Shown: positions 40,839-54,600 of the stretch, in pieces
Layout of the letters: the number at the start of each line of letters is the position of its first letter
Position numbering within the stretch: position 1 is the stretch's first letter
NCBI GenBank assembly: GCA_964016885.1
Contig: OZ024759.1
Coordinates: 35,650,001-35,714,000 of the forward strand
Length of the DNA stretch: 64,000 nucleotides
Source: Eledone cirrhosa
Taxonomy: Eukaryota
Direction of reading: 5' to 3'
Translations under genes and position numbers: made by a program
Notes under the pieces: model-generated
The model's database searches: none
What the model was told of the DNA's origin: nothing
The model's input: only the letters and a program-made list of their open reading frames with translations

Positions 40839-43800
40839 AATGTGTGTATCACAATATGGCTAACTGAATGAGTTGGTGTTAAACCCAACGTAATGTCACT
40901 GTTGTAACTGATTATATATATATGTAAAAGATAAACAGAAATAACAACACAATCGGTACAGTATATGGAAGGGATATATTAGGTTAACGCTTGATATAGC
41001 AGGAAGAGGGTCTTAACGTTTCGGACGCTAGTCCTTCATCAGAAGAAAGGACATCGGTTTGGAAGTGGTATATCCTCATCATGAATTTAGTGATGTTGAG
41101 AAAGGATGGTGGTAGTAACAATTGTGTTGGGATGGTGGGTAGTGGTGTTGGGATGGGGGTAGTGGTGTTGGGATGGTGGGTAGTGGTGTTGGGATGGGGG
41201 GTAGTGGTGTTGGGATGGGGGGTAGTGGTGTTGGGATGGGGGGTAGTGGTGTTGGGATGGTGGGTAGTGGTGTTGGGATGGGGGGTAGTGGTGTTGGGAT
41301 GGGGGGTAGTGGTGTTGGGATGGGGGGTAGTGGTGTTGGGATGGGAGTAGTGATGTTGGGATGGGGGTAGTGGTGTTGGGATGGGGGGTAGTGGTGTTGG
41401 GATGGGGGGTAGTGGTGTTTGATGGGGTGGTGGGGGTAGTGGTGTTTGATGGGGTGGGGTGGTGGGGGTAGTAGTGTTGGGAAGGGGGGGGGGGGTTAGT
41501 ATTAGCTGTGATAGGTATTGGGAGGGGTGGTGGTGGTGGTAGTCAACTTACTTCATGCCGTTCAATAAGGTGAATTATAGAAAGTTCCTCATCTGGAAGA
41601 GGTCGGAATTTTAATTCAGATTCTACAGTGGGAAGAAATTCTCTCATCACTTGGACCACATCTTGGAACTCCTCAGCCTGTTAAATAGAATAGAAATAGA
41701 AATAAAGGTAAGATGAGTTAAGCTCAATACACTTTTTTTATTCTTTGTTCTTCAGGAACATTAAAACACCTGTAGCGAGGTATAAATAAATAATAATTGT
41801 TTCTACTTTTGGCACAAGGCCAGCATTATCCCAGTGCATTACTGGTACTTTATTTTATCGACCCCGTAAGGATGAAAAGCAAAGTTAACCTCGGCGGGAT
41901 TTGAACTCAGGCCAAGACCAGGTATACAGATACTATTAAATCCAAATTTAGAGTACTTCAACAAAAATATCTAACAAAGAATTTTACCACATATGGTAAT
42001 ATTTATTTTCAATTCTTATTGTTGATCGACTTTCATCAAATTGGACCGAGGAAACAATGTTTCCGTTGGTCTTTCCAACTGCTAATACTATCTTTCGGTC
42101 GCAACTCCAGGTAGAAGGAGCAACGTGAAATAAAGTGTCTTGCTCAAGGACATAATAACATCTCCCGGTCCAGGAATCGAACTGACAACCTCACGATTGC
42201 AAATCCAGTTCTCTAACCAATCAGCTACATGCCTTCACAAATATGGTAATAAATGATATATTTACCAAAGTCAAAGCCTCCTTTAGTCGAGCTTCTCGAC
42301 TTTCACTCAAGAGATTTATTCTGCTCCATAGAATAACAAGATCCTCAATATGTTGAGCAGGAATACTTCCAGCAGACTTCAACGCCTCCAAAGTCTGTTC
42401 TCGGACTTCAAGTTCTTGTTGCACTGACTGAAAATTAGAAAATACAAAAATAGAAAATAAACCTGGTAAGGATGAAAGCAAAGTTAACTTCAACAAGATT
42501 TGAATTCAGAACATAAAGGGTCATAACACTGTGCCATAAAGCACGTTTCCTGATGCTTTACTGATTACTGCCAAACCATTTAATTGTTTCTACTTTTGGC
42601 ACAAGGCCAGCAATTATCCCAGTGTATTACTGGTACTTTATTCTATCGACCCCGTAAGGATGAAAGGCAAAGTTAACCTCGGTGGGATTTGAACTCAGAC
42701 CCTAAAGGGCCGTAACTTTATGCTGCAAAGCATGGCATCCGACCCTCCACTGATACTGCCAATCACCGCCATTTAATCCACTTAATAATCAAATAATTTA
42801 TAACTTTTAGTAAATTACTCCAAATTTTTCATTAATTAAATGAAATACAAAGTATGCCACTGTAAATATGGTAATAAACGTATTATCTAATTAACTCCTT
42901 AGCATTTAAACTGACCATATCCGGCCAGAATTCTTTCACCTCTTTCTGTTCAAACTGGCTTTAACTGGCCACTCATACTGATGTTAAGGTATTGTTCTCG
43001 AAATAAATACTTTCAAAATCTCATAGATTCGATATTATGTGAAATAATTATGTGAGGTAAAGCCTTTACCATGAAAATACAATAGTATATATAGAGTAAT
43101 GTAAATGTTAAAGGGTTTAAACCCTTTAACATTTATTTTACTCTATATCTACTATTGTATTTTCATGGTAAAGGCTTTACCTCGCATAATATCGAATCTA
43201 TGAGATTTTGAAAGTATTTATTTTGAGAACAATACCTTAACATCAGTATGAGTGGCCAGTTACAGCCAGTTTCAACAGAAAGAGGTAGAGAATTCTGGCC
43301 GGTTTCGGCTGGTTTGAACATTAAAGGGTTAAATATAGCAACTAACCTTGTGTTGTTCTATCAAGAGGTTCACAGTGTCATAATCTCCAAGTATACATTC
43401 ATCTTTAGACAATGTAGCTTCTGCTTTACTTAGCCATTCTTGTAAGGAATTTAATGCATCAGATACGCGTCCAGAGGTGAGCAACGCTTCATCAAGTTTG
43501 TTTTGACTAAAATATAAAAGAATAAACAATATTTAATCCTCTTAAAACCAAATTACCTGAAACCACCCTTGGTTTTATGATGCAAAATTATTTATTAGAA
43601 AAAATTCTCAACCTTTGTTTTTTAAGAGGAAGAAATTTATTTGTTTTGAATCATCATCATCAGCCATCTTCCATGGGTTGGATGGGTTTGTCCCAATTGA
43701 AGCAAGATTGGTCGGGTGACCGTGTCTCGCTCATACATAAATTTATACCATACCAAACCACCTAAAACAGACCCTAGTTCTATGATACAAAACTCTCAAT

Positions 43801-46800
43801 TTTTATCTAAAATCTCCCATCATAAGTTTATGTAAGAACCTTTGTTAAGTTATGTTCCAGACATTAGCTTAATCCTTTCCATACCAAACCATCCCTGGTT
43901 GCATGAGGAAACACCCAGTCCATGCCATAAATATGATACAACACTGATGATGTGTAATGTAGTTGGGTCACCTGGATGTGGGTGACTATGTTGTAAGACC
44001 TTCCACCATAATACGGCCCATTCCTGATTCAGTCGATCTCTGATAACCATCAGGGGCCAGCCCTGAATGTTTAAACAGTAACAGATTGAACCAGAAGCAG
44101 TCATCTTTACAGTATGTAATTACAATATTTACATCTCTCCAATATTTCTATCAACTTGATCTCTGATAGTCATCAGATATATCCTTCCTGAATATATAAA
44201 TAGTAACAGATTGGACACGACCTACAACCTTTGATTAGCTAAACTTATGTTAATACCACTCTTATCCACAAGGTGGGGAGGAGGGAAAGGAAGTATATAA
44301 AGCCAGATTATCATATGTACTTGAATATAAGCTACCCACCTGCTATTTTATGTCTGAGAAATGGGCAAAAATCTAAACCAGTGATGGGCAACCTGCAGCC
44401 CGCAAAGCTTTTTGAATGGCTCGCCTAAGTCACCTAAGGGAAATCTTTCTGATTTTTTTACCCCAACTTTTCAGTCGTAATTTATCTTTCAATCATTTTT
44501 ACGATCGAGGAAAACATGTAGGAATTCTGAAGAAACAAATCAAAACAACCAGAGTTACCGTTCTTTTTTTTTTAATGTGGGCACGAATGTAAATTAGCGC
44601 TTGTGGCCCGTCTGATGATGAGCCATATCTCATGTGGCCTGCTTCTCGAAAAAGGTTACCCATGCCTGATTTAAGCCTTATTTATGTAGAATTTGAAGTT
44701 GGTTAAAAATTGTCAAAATATGTACATATTTAAATATAACAGTGCCTCTCTTCCTATGTGACCCTAATCATGTACTTATTTAAATATAACAGTGCCTCTC
44801 TTCCTATGTGACCCTAATCATGTACTTATTTAAATATAACAGTGCCTCTCTTCCTATGTGACCCTAATCATGTATTTATTTAAATATAACAGTGCCCCTC
44901 TTCCTATGTGACCCTAATCATGTATTTATTTAAATATAACAGTGCCTCTCTTCCTATGTGACCCTAATCAATGGTTACTCCAGCATGTGGTTAGAATGTC
45001 TCAGGAAAGACTCACTGGACAGATTTAACAGGTAAAACCAACCAGCAGGTAGACCCCGAGCAAGATGGTTTGATAACATCCATGAGCTTGGCTTGTCTCA
45101 CTTGGGGATCTAGCCGGATCAGTTGGAGAAGGTTGCTTCTGAGAGGACCTACTGGAGGGAGTGTGTAAGGACTGCCCCTCACGACCCTCTCAGGAATAAA
45201 TGGAAGAAGAAGAAGAAAAAAGAAGGTTACTCCAGCATTGGGAATTCTAGATCTAATCTAGATGACATCTACATGTAGGTAGGGCTGCTCAAAAAGGTCT
45301 GACCTAGGGCTACAAAATAACAACAGTTCATAAAACTGAAACATATTTCATATTCTCTCCCTTCCCTCACCTCTATACCCCCCCCCCCCACCTCTATGTC
45401 CCCCACCCCGCACTATACAACTAAGTCAACCCATCAGACAAGTTCTAATTACATCCTTGCAATATTTATTTAACTAATCCCTTGATGAAAATCCTTATTT
45501 GTTGTTATGACTACAGCAATCTCTGTTGGTGGTGTTGGTGGTAGTGTTGTTGGTGGTGGTGGTGTTGTTGGTGGTGGTGGGAGTGTTGTTGGTGGTGGTG
45601 GGAGTGTTGTTGGTGGTGGTGGTAGTGTTGTTGGTGGTGGTAGTGTTGTTGGTGGTGGTGGTAGTGTTGTTGGTGGTGGTGGTGTTGTTGGTGGTGGTGG
45701 TGGTGTTGGTGGTGGTGGTAGTGTTGTTGGTGGTGGTGGTGTTGTTGTTGTTGGTGGTGGTGGTAGTGTTGTTGGTGGTGGTGGTGTTGGTGGTGGTGGT
45801 AGTGTTGTTGGTGGTGGTGGTAGTGTTGTTGGTGGTAGTGTTGTTGGTGGTGGTGGTTGTGGTGGTGGTTGTGTTGGTTGTGGTGGTGGTTATGTTGTTG
45901 GTGGTGGTGGTTGTGTTGTTGGTGGTGGTGGTTGTGTTGTTGGTGGTGGTTGTGGTGGTGGTTGTGGTGGTGGTGGTGGTTGTGTTGGTGGTGGTGGTGG
46001 TAGTGTTGTTGGTGGTGGTGGTGGTAGTGTTGTTGGTGGTGGTTGTGTTGTTGGTGGTAGTGTTGTTGGTGGTGGTGGTTGTGTTGTTGGTGGTGGTTGT
46101 GTTGTTGGTGGTGGTGGTTGTGGTGGTGGTTGTGTTGTTGGTGGTGGTTGTGTTGTTGGTGGTGGTTGTGGTGGTGGTTGTGGTGGTGGTGGTTGTGTTG
46201 TTGGTGGTGGTTGTGTTGTTGGTGATGGTTGTGTTGTTGGTGGTGGTGGTTGTGGTGGTGGTTGTGTTGTTGGTGGTGGTTGTGTTGTTGGTGGTGGTGG
46301 TGGTGGTTGTGTTGTTGGTGGTGGTGGTTGTGTTGTGGTGGTTGTGTTGTGGTGTTGGTAGTGTTGTTGGTGGTGGTGAGGAATAAACTTTACTAAACTG
46401 CCACATCAGAAGGACTCCAGTGGTAGTTAATTAATCAGGACTCCAGTGTGGAGTGGTTTGTGGAGTGGAGGTTAGTGTGGAGTGGAGGTTAGTGTGAAGG
46501 CAGGAGAGAGATGTGTGAAGGCAGGAGAGAGATGTGTGATGAGGGATGAGTTTTATTGGTACTTCTCACATCTACTTAACTGCTGAAGTGGAGCCTCAGT
46601 CCACCTAGCTGTAAGTAGGTACCACCACCAGTCAGCCTCAGTCCACCTAGCTGTAAGTAGGTACCACCACCAGTCAGCCTCAGTCCACCTAGCTTTGTCG
46701 GAGTATGTGTAGAAGTTGGTTTAAATGATAGTGTGTGTGTCTTGGTGTGTATGTAACTATGTGTATGTAACTATGTGTATGTAACTATGTGCATGTGTGT

Positions 46801-49657
46801 GTGTAGCAGTGGGTATGTGTGTAGAAGTTGTTTTAAGTGATAGTATATGTATGTGTGTGTGTGTGTGTAGCAGTATGGAGTAGGTGAGGAGTGTGTGTGT
46901 GTTGACATTCCATTGAACATGTCATTGGAGGTATGAGAAAGAAATTACATTCACTTAAAACTACACACACACATCTCCACATCTCCACAAACACACACCA
47001 CACACACACATCCACACATCTCCACACACACATCTCCACTCGGACACAGCTCCACACGTTATAATTAGTTATTTCAATGAGCTGGTAAGAGAGATGAGGC
47101 TAAAGGCAGTCACTGAAATGTGCTAGAAATAGCAGCCACATCACCCTAAACTTACACAATGAATGCAGTCATTAAAATAAGAGGGTACATTTAATAGAGT
47201 AGTCCTTAATACATTATGTCGGGAATAAAAGAGACAGGGTAGCCACGGCTGGAATGTCCTTGATCATAGAGTCTACTCCATGGTCATGGCTGGCCTAGGG
47301 TTAAACAAGAAAACTGCCAACTGGACAATATAGTGGATACCTGTATTATGTTTGGGGTAATTAATTTAAAGAAAACAGGATGGTCACGACTGGAACGTCG
47401 TTTAATGAGAGCTGCACGAACAGAGGTAACCTAGAGCTAAATAACAACAACCACGACACATTCTGTAATGTAACCCTAGATATACTTATGTTTGTAGACT
47501 GGAATTAGTCCTTAAATTAGCTCGATCAGGACTGACCTAGGGCTAAACAACAACGAGGGGGTACACTTTATATAATGTAGTCCTAGGTATACTATGTCTG
47601 GGAGGGAGACAGTGGATAAAAGACAGGATGGTCACTGTCATAACTGACCTAGGGCTAAACAACACATTATATAATGTACTCCTAGATATACTATGTCTGG
47701 GAGGGGAGACACAGTGATGGTCAAAGACAGGATGATCACTGTCAGAACTGACCGAGGGCTACCAACACATTATATAATGTACTCCTAGATATACTATGTC
47801 TGGAACAACAACAAAATAAACAAAACAAATGGCTAAAAAAGATAGGATGGTCGCAGTCGGTTCCGGTTGATTAAAGCTGGCCTAAGGTATACAATGTCTG
47901 GGAGGGACAGGATGGTCATTGTTGGAACGCCTTTGATTAAAGCTTACCCAGGGCTAAACAACAAAACTGTAAAATATGTTTCTATACAGGTAAATATAAC
48001 TACATAACCACACAAGAACATTTCTTTAACGAGAGAATGAACAGGTAAAAAGTAACAGGTATGAACTAAAGTACGTAGACATTAGAAAGGTGAAGAAGAA
48101 AAGTTGTATAGTTAGTTATTACACCTGTTAACTAGAAACAGGTCACCTGTAATGACACATCGCCATTTTTAACTGGTTTTTGCTTTTAACTTTGTTTTTA
48201 AGATTTGTTTTCGTTTATTTTTTACCTGAGAAAAGTTTAATGACCAAAATATTTCATTTTTTTCTTTCTTCGTTTAACTTCACGTGGAATAAAATATGGA
48301 ATTTGATAATTAAATATTTTAAAGGTAAAAAAGAAACAGGTGGGAAATAATCTCGATAGTTTAATATTCACCTGTAGCGGGTTTTTATTATGAAGTTTGA
48401 TGTGGGTCATAAAATTAAAGGTAAGGTGAATAAATATACGTGTGTGTGTGTATGTGTAACGCCCTACGGTCGAGTTTAAACTATTTCGTTTTCGTCAGAT
48501 AAAATAGGGAGACATGATATGAAGGTTAAAAAACACTTGTGAATAGTGCAGTTTTAAATCAACATAATAAAATACATGGAACTCTTTTAACCATCTTTTG
48601 ATCTTATATTATTTATACTCCAGTCCTACAAACTGTAGAGTGCTACTTATCCGATATCTGCATTGCTTTATTGTACTACAATAAAACTCACCTCCTATAT
48701 ATATATATATATATATTATATATACATGTGGAAGCTTAGTAAAATCGAAGCTTTGGCTGTGGGCAAGCAAAGTCGATCTACTATATGAATGAGTTAGCAA
48801 AGCACTCAATAAGGGTAGGTCCTTACAGTAACAACATACGTTTAAATAGCTTGACAAATTGAACATTGTGGTAGGCAAACCCTAACACAATACCAGAGCA
48901 ACGAAAGAACTAACAGGTTAGATAAATATATATATCTTTAATGTCTTTTTCGTTTTAATGGCTAAACTAAAGAAATAAAATCGTTACCTATAACTTGTGT
49001 CGACATTTGGCCAAACTAGAAACTCGTAATCTGAAAGGTTGTTTGGAGAGTGGTAATTGCTGCTGTCGTCCATAACTTTACTGCCCCCGAGAGATTTGTA
49101 AAGCGGCAACAACAATGTCACACACTCTCTCTCTCTCCCTCACACACACACACACACTCTCTCTGTCTGTCTAATGACAGCCTACCTCTCTAGTGACAAG
49201 CTACATACCTATCTATCTATTCACCTCTCTCTCATGACAGCCTACCTACATACCAATCTATCTGTCCCCCCCCCTCTCTTCAGTGACAGCCTACATACCC
49301 CCCCCCCTCTCTCTTCAGTGACAGCCTATCTATCCACCCCTCTCACCTCCATACCTGTACATAACTGAAAGGTAGGCGCTGGAGAAATGTCACTCACCCG
49401 TTCACACACACACACACACTATCTCTCTTACACACATACTATATCTCTCTTACACACACACACACACACTATCTCTCTTACACACACACACACTATCTCT
49501 CTTACACACACACACATACTATATCTCTCTTACACACACACTATATCTCTCTTACACACACACCTGCCTCCACCAAGCTAGAGAAGAACTTGACAAGAAT
49601 TATTTACACTAAAAACTTGTGTTGTTGTAGTTGTAGTCTTTTGGTAGTACAACTAAA

Positions 49658-49708
<51 letters not shown>

Positions 49709-51626
49709 TTTCCACTGTTTAAAAGGAACTCAATACACGTGAAAGTGTGACGTCTGAACGAGTATCCTATACACCCAACTAACTAACTTACACTACGCCC
49801 CTGGGCCCCAGCAACCGACAGGATGAAGAATACATTGCCCCAGGGGATGGCGAGGGTGTCATGCTGGAACACAACAGCCACTCCACCTCGTAGGGGGTGG
49901 GGCTGCACCTGCAGGCGACCCACTAGGAGTTCATTTGAAATTGTTAAAAGTCAACAAGAGGAGGCGAAATGGGGGTCAGAAAACACAAAACCCACCCCAC
50001 GGCCCACAACAAGGGACTCTGGAGCTTCTACCTTTTTAATAATTATTGAGATACACCCACACAGCATTGCCTGTCTAGTCCTGGGTCACTCCTAACAGGT
50101 CTTTGTATGTATGTGTGGGGGTGTATATATATATGTGTGTGTGTTGTTTACTCCTAGACCAGTCCTCACTCAGATTTTTCTATCTCTATTCTATGTATAT
50201 GTGGATGATGATATATATGTTGTTTAGCCCAAGGTCAATCCTGACTCAGCAAATCTTTCTATGCTTATTGATATGTAATTGTTGTGGTTTAGCCCTGTCT
50301 ATAGTATATATCTAGCTGTGGTTTAGCCCCATATTAGCTCTGTCTATAGTATATATCTAGCTGTGGTTTAGCCCTGTCTATAGTATATATCTAGCTGTGG
50401 TTTAGCCCTGTCTATAGTATATATCTAGCTGTGGTTTAGCCCTGTCTATAGTATATATCTAGCTGTGGTTTAGCCCCATATTAGCTCTGTCTATAGTATA
50501 TATCTAGCTGTGATTTAGCCCTGTCTATAGTATATATCTAGCTGTGATTTAGCCCTGTCTATAGTATATATCTAGCTGTGGTTTAGCCCCATATTAGCTC
50601 TGTCTATAGTATATATCTAGCTGTGATTTAGCCCTGTCTATAGTATATATCTAGCTGTGGTTTAGCCCTGTCTATAGTATATATCTAGCTGTGATTTAGC
50701 CCTGTCTATAGTATATATCTAGCTGTGGTTTAGCCCTGTCTATAGTATATATCTAGCTGTGATTTAGCCCTGTCTATAGTATATATCTAGCTGTGGTTTA
50801 GCCCTGTCTATAGTATATATCCAGCTGTGGTTTAGCCCTGTCTATAGTATATATCCAGCTGTGATTTAGCCCAGTGTTAGCCCTGTCTATAGTTAGTATA
50901 TATCTAGTTGTGGTTTAGCCCCATGTTAGCCCTGGCTGTTATTTCTAGCGAGTCTGTCGACCACATAGAGGTTCTCTGGTCCATGTAGTGGCTTTGTTAT
51001 TAGTGAGGTCCTCACCAGGTGTGTTAATATTCAGACAGCAACAGGTGAGAGGGGGTAGTGAGAGAGAGAGTGAGACACAAGAGAGAGAGAGCGTGTAAGA
51101 AAGCAATGTATAAGAGGGAGAGAGGAATGAAGATGGGTGGTGTGAACTGTGTAGGGGAGAGAGAGAAGGGTAGGAAAAGGAGAGAGAGGGAGAGAGAGAA
51201 GATGTGTGGTGTGGAAGAGAGAGAGAGGTGAGAGAGAGAGAGAGAGGGAGAGAGAGAAGATGTGTGGTGTGGAAGAGAGAGAGAGGTGAGAGAGAGAGAG
51301 AGAGGTGAGAGAGAGTGAGTGTGTTTGAGAGAGAGAGAGAGAGAGTGAGTGTGTTTGAGAGAGAGAGAGTGAGTGTGTTTGAGAGAGAGAGAGTGAGAGT
51401 GTGTTTGAGCAAATGACAGGTGGTTAAAATGTTTATAGAAAGGGTGCAGGGATTTAGAAAAAAACAAAAACATTTCTCAGTAATACACAGGAACACACAC
51501 ACGTGTGTATATACACACACACACACACACAGGGTGTCCCTCAAAAATGTATACAAACTTTTATTACCTGTACAGGCGATATTTATTAGAATGCTGTTTG
51601 AAGTGTATATATATTTTTCAGGACAC

Positions 51627-51692
<66 letters not shown>

Positions 51693-54600
51693 CATGTGTG
51701 TGTGTGTGTGTGTATGTTGGACAGTAGTACTACCATATATGGTAAATTGTGTCACAATAACTGACTGACTTTCTCTAGATTAAATAGAGAAAGTAAACAA
51801 CTATATATGTGTGTATGTAAATATATATATATAGATACACACACATATACATACACACACGCATATACATACCTATACACACACACACACACACACGTCA
51901 TGTTTGATGACAGATCTTGTCTGTCAGCTTTCTAAGCAGCAGATAAACTAGTTTATAGTTTAAAATCATCTCATTTGGAAGGTGTAGTTGATGATTCTAG
52001 AAGATCTGAGGGGTGAGGGTTTAAGTTCCTGCCTATGAATGACAATGTGTGTATGTGTGTGTGCGTGACAATGTGTGTATGTGAGAGAGAGTGTGTGTGT
52101 GTGCGTGACAGTGTGTGCAGGAGTGTGTGTGTGTGTAAGTGACAGAGAGTCAGTACAACTGTGAATAGAGTGCAAATGAAATTTTTGAAGGCGTTGATAT
52201 TTAAAATATTTAAACATAACAGTTATCTCTCTCCCACATATTTATTATAGATTGTAGAAATATGACTAACAGCCGAGACACAATCATCAACATAAACGGT
52301 GGGTAGAATGCCCTAACTTTCTGCAATATAAACAGTGGGTAGAATGCCATAACTTTCTGCAATAAAGACACACCACAAACAGTTACAGCTTTATAGTTTA
52401 ACCTCTCTTTCTCCTCTACCCTTTATTGTCATACACAAAAAAAAATAAAATAGTGAAATATACAGAAAAAAAAAAGAAATTGCGCTCATGTTTTAGAAGT
52501 CAACTTGCCATATGCATAAGCCTCACTGAGGAGATTTTATAAAATTGAAACATGTCTTGTTCACCCAGTTTGGCTCATAAACAATGACCACTCCCACTAC
52601 ATTGTTTTAAATTTTCCTAAAAGATTTGGATCAGCTGAAGCTATAAGAGTTCTCTCCCTTACTGACCTGCTTCTCATCACCAGGACACCCCTTAACTTTC
52701 CTCTCTTACAGTCTCTTCACTCCTGCCCTATGTGTGTGTGTGCGTATACGTGTGTGCGAGTGTATGTGTGTATATATATATGTGCGAGTGTATGTGTGTA
52801 TCTGTGTGCGTGAGTGAATGTGTGTATCTATGTGTGCAAGTGTGTGTGTGTATATATGTGCGCGTGTATGTGTGTATATATGTGCAAGTATGTATGTGTG
52901 TATCTGTGTGTGCGAGTGTATGTGTGTATATATCCCTATGTGCTCTCTGTGTACAAAAAGCCTAAGAAAACCACTCCTCATTTAACATAGCCTAGCCGAT
53001 ATATCCTTCCCTCCTCCCCAAACAACTAAACGACAGCGTAATCTAGTGTGAGACTAATTGGTTTGTACACAACAATTGCACATTGTTATAAATTACAACT
53101 GGTTTATCAGGTACGAAGCCTATTAATATGCAATATATTCTGTTGAAAATATTCTTACCATTTCAATTACAGATTCATTAACAAAAACCAAACACCACCA
53201 CCTCAACTTTTTAATAATACATAATAAAACAATATAAAAACAATACATGATATAATTAAACATATACAATACACACAGTATAAGTTTTACTTTATTCAAG
53301 ATTCACATTCCTGGTCGTGGCGTTTGTTGTTGTTGTCTTGTTTATGAATATTCATAAGCTATTGTGTGTTTTAAACATCCACTGTGCAGAATTGCAGAAT
53401 ATATTTCTCTATTGTGAATTGTTATAATGAAATAAAGTATGTTAATGATAACAAGAACAATGATTTAAATGGTAACGATGAGTAAATTAATTAAGGAAAG
53501 AATCTTAACTCTCCAAAGACACTCGCAGATTTCTTTGAGTGAAAATAAAATACGGAAACAAAGGCCAAAATATTTGTTAGAAAAAAAAAACATTTGTTAG
53601 AAGTATATATTAATAGTAACATGAAAAGTGATTACATTTTTAGCGATAAGTTAATTAATTTGGGGAAAAACTTAACTGACCAAAAACTGTAATAGATTCT
53701 TCTGTTGATGGAAACAAACAAAAATATATATCGAAATATTTGTTAAAAAAAGCCATTAATTTATTGGAGACAGAACTTGTGAAAAACTAACAAATATTGT
53801 CAATAAGATATTAAACAGTATAAGAAAGACTTCGGAATCTAATCAATATAATTCTGATATCAGTAAGTTGGTAGCTTGATGAGAGCATGGTATGGTAGGG
53901 TATAACAAAGCTGGACCTTTTCACTTAACCCTTTAACTACAAACCCACCCAAACCAGTTCTGGTTCTATGAAAAAGTCCCCCATTTTAAAGGTTCCCAAT
54001 TTAAATTAGGTTACTATCTTACTAATGAAATAATAAATAATTTTAGGAAATCCCTCAAAATTCTTCATTAATGTAAAATAGAATCTATTTCATTCGAAAT
54101 GTAGCTTCAGCCTATGACATAACTACATGCTATGATATGTCCTATGACTTAGCTTCATCTTATGACATGTCTTATGAGACAGCTTCATAAACAAATCTTA
54201 CCTTTTTGAGACGACAGATCGAACAACGTTCCATTTGTTCTTCAGTTGATCTAACATGGCCTGGAGAATATCTCGGTCCTGGTCATTCTTTGTACATCGG
54301 TCTTTAAGATTTCGGCCAAGTCTTGTTGTGGAATAATAGAGGGAATGTTTAGCTGCCAGTTGGTGTTGGAAGAGCTGATGGAAACAAGGGGGAAAAAATA
54401 ACCCAAAATATAGAGTTAGAATACCAGGAAAAAGGGAACCAAATTGGTGTTTAGAGAACTTCTAAAATAAAGAAGAAATGTAAATATCTGGTTGACTTAA
54501 GCAGCACTGGGAAAATTTGAAAAATTCGAAATGCGGTCCTCCCAACATAGATTACTATAATAATAGTTGAGCATTATAAATAACAGAAGGTAGTCATTGG

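Noticed and set aside
45495-46406. Thr/Asn-, Gly/Val- and Val-rich ORFs resembling mucin or glycine-rich proteins (likewise 2241-2949)
   Set aside because: Trinucleotide low-complexity tract with no splice or start support.
53285-53356. Short minus-strand [22 protein letters not shown] as another first exon
   Set aside because: Stops before any usable donor.
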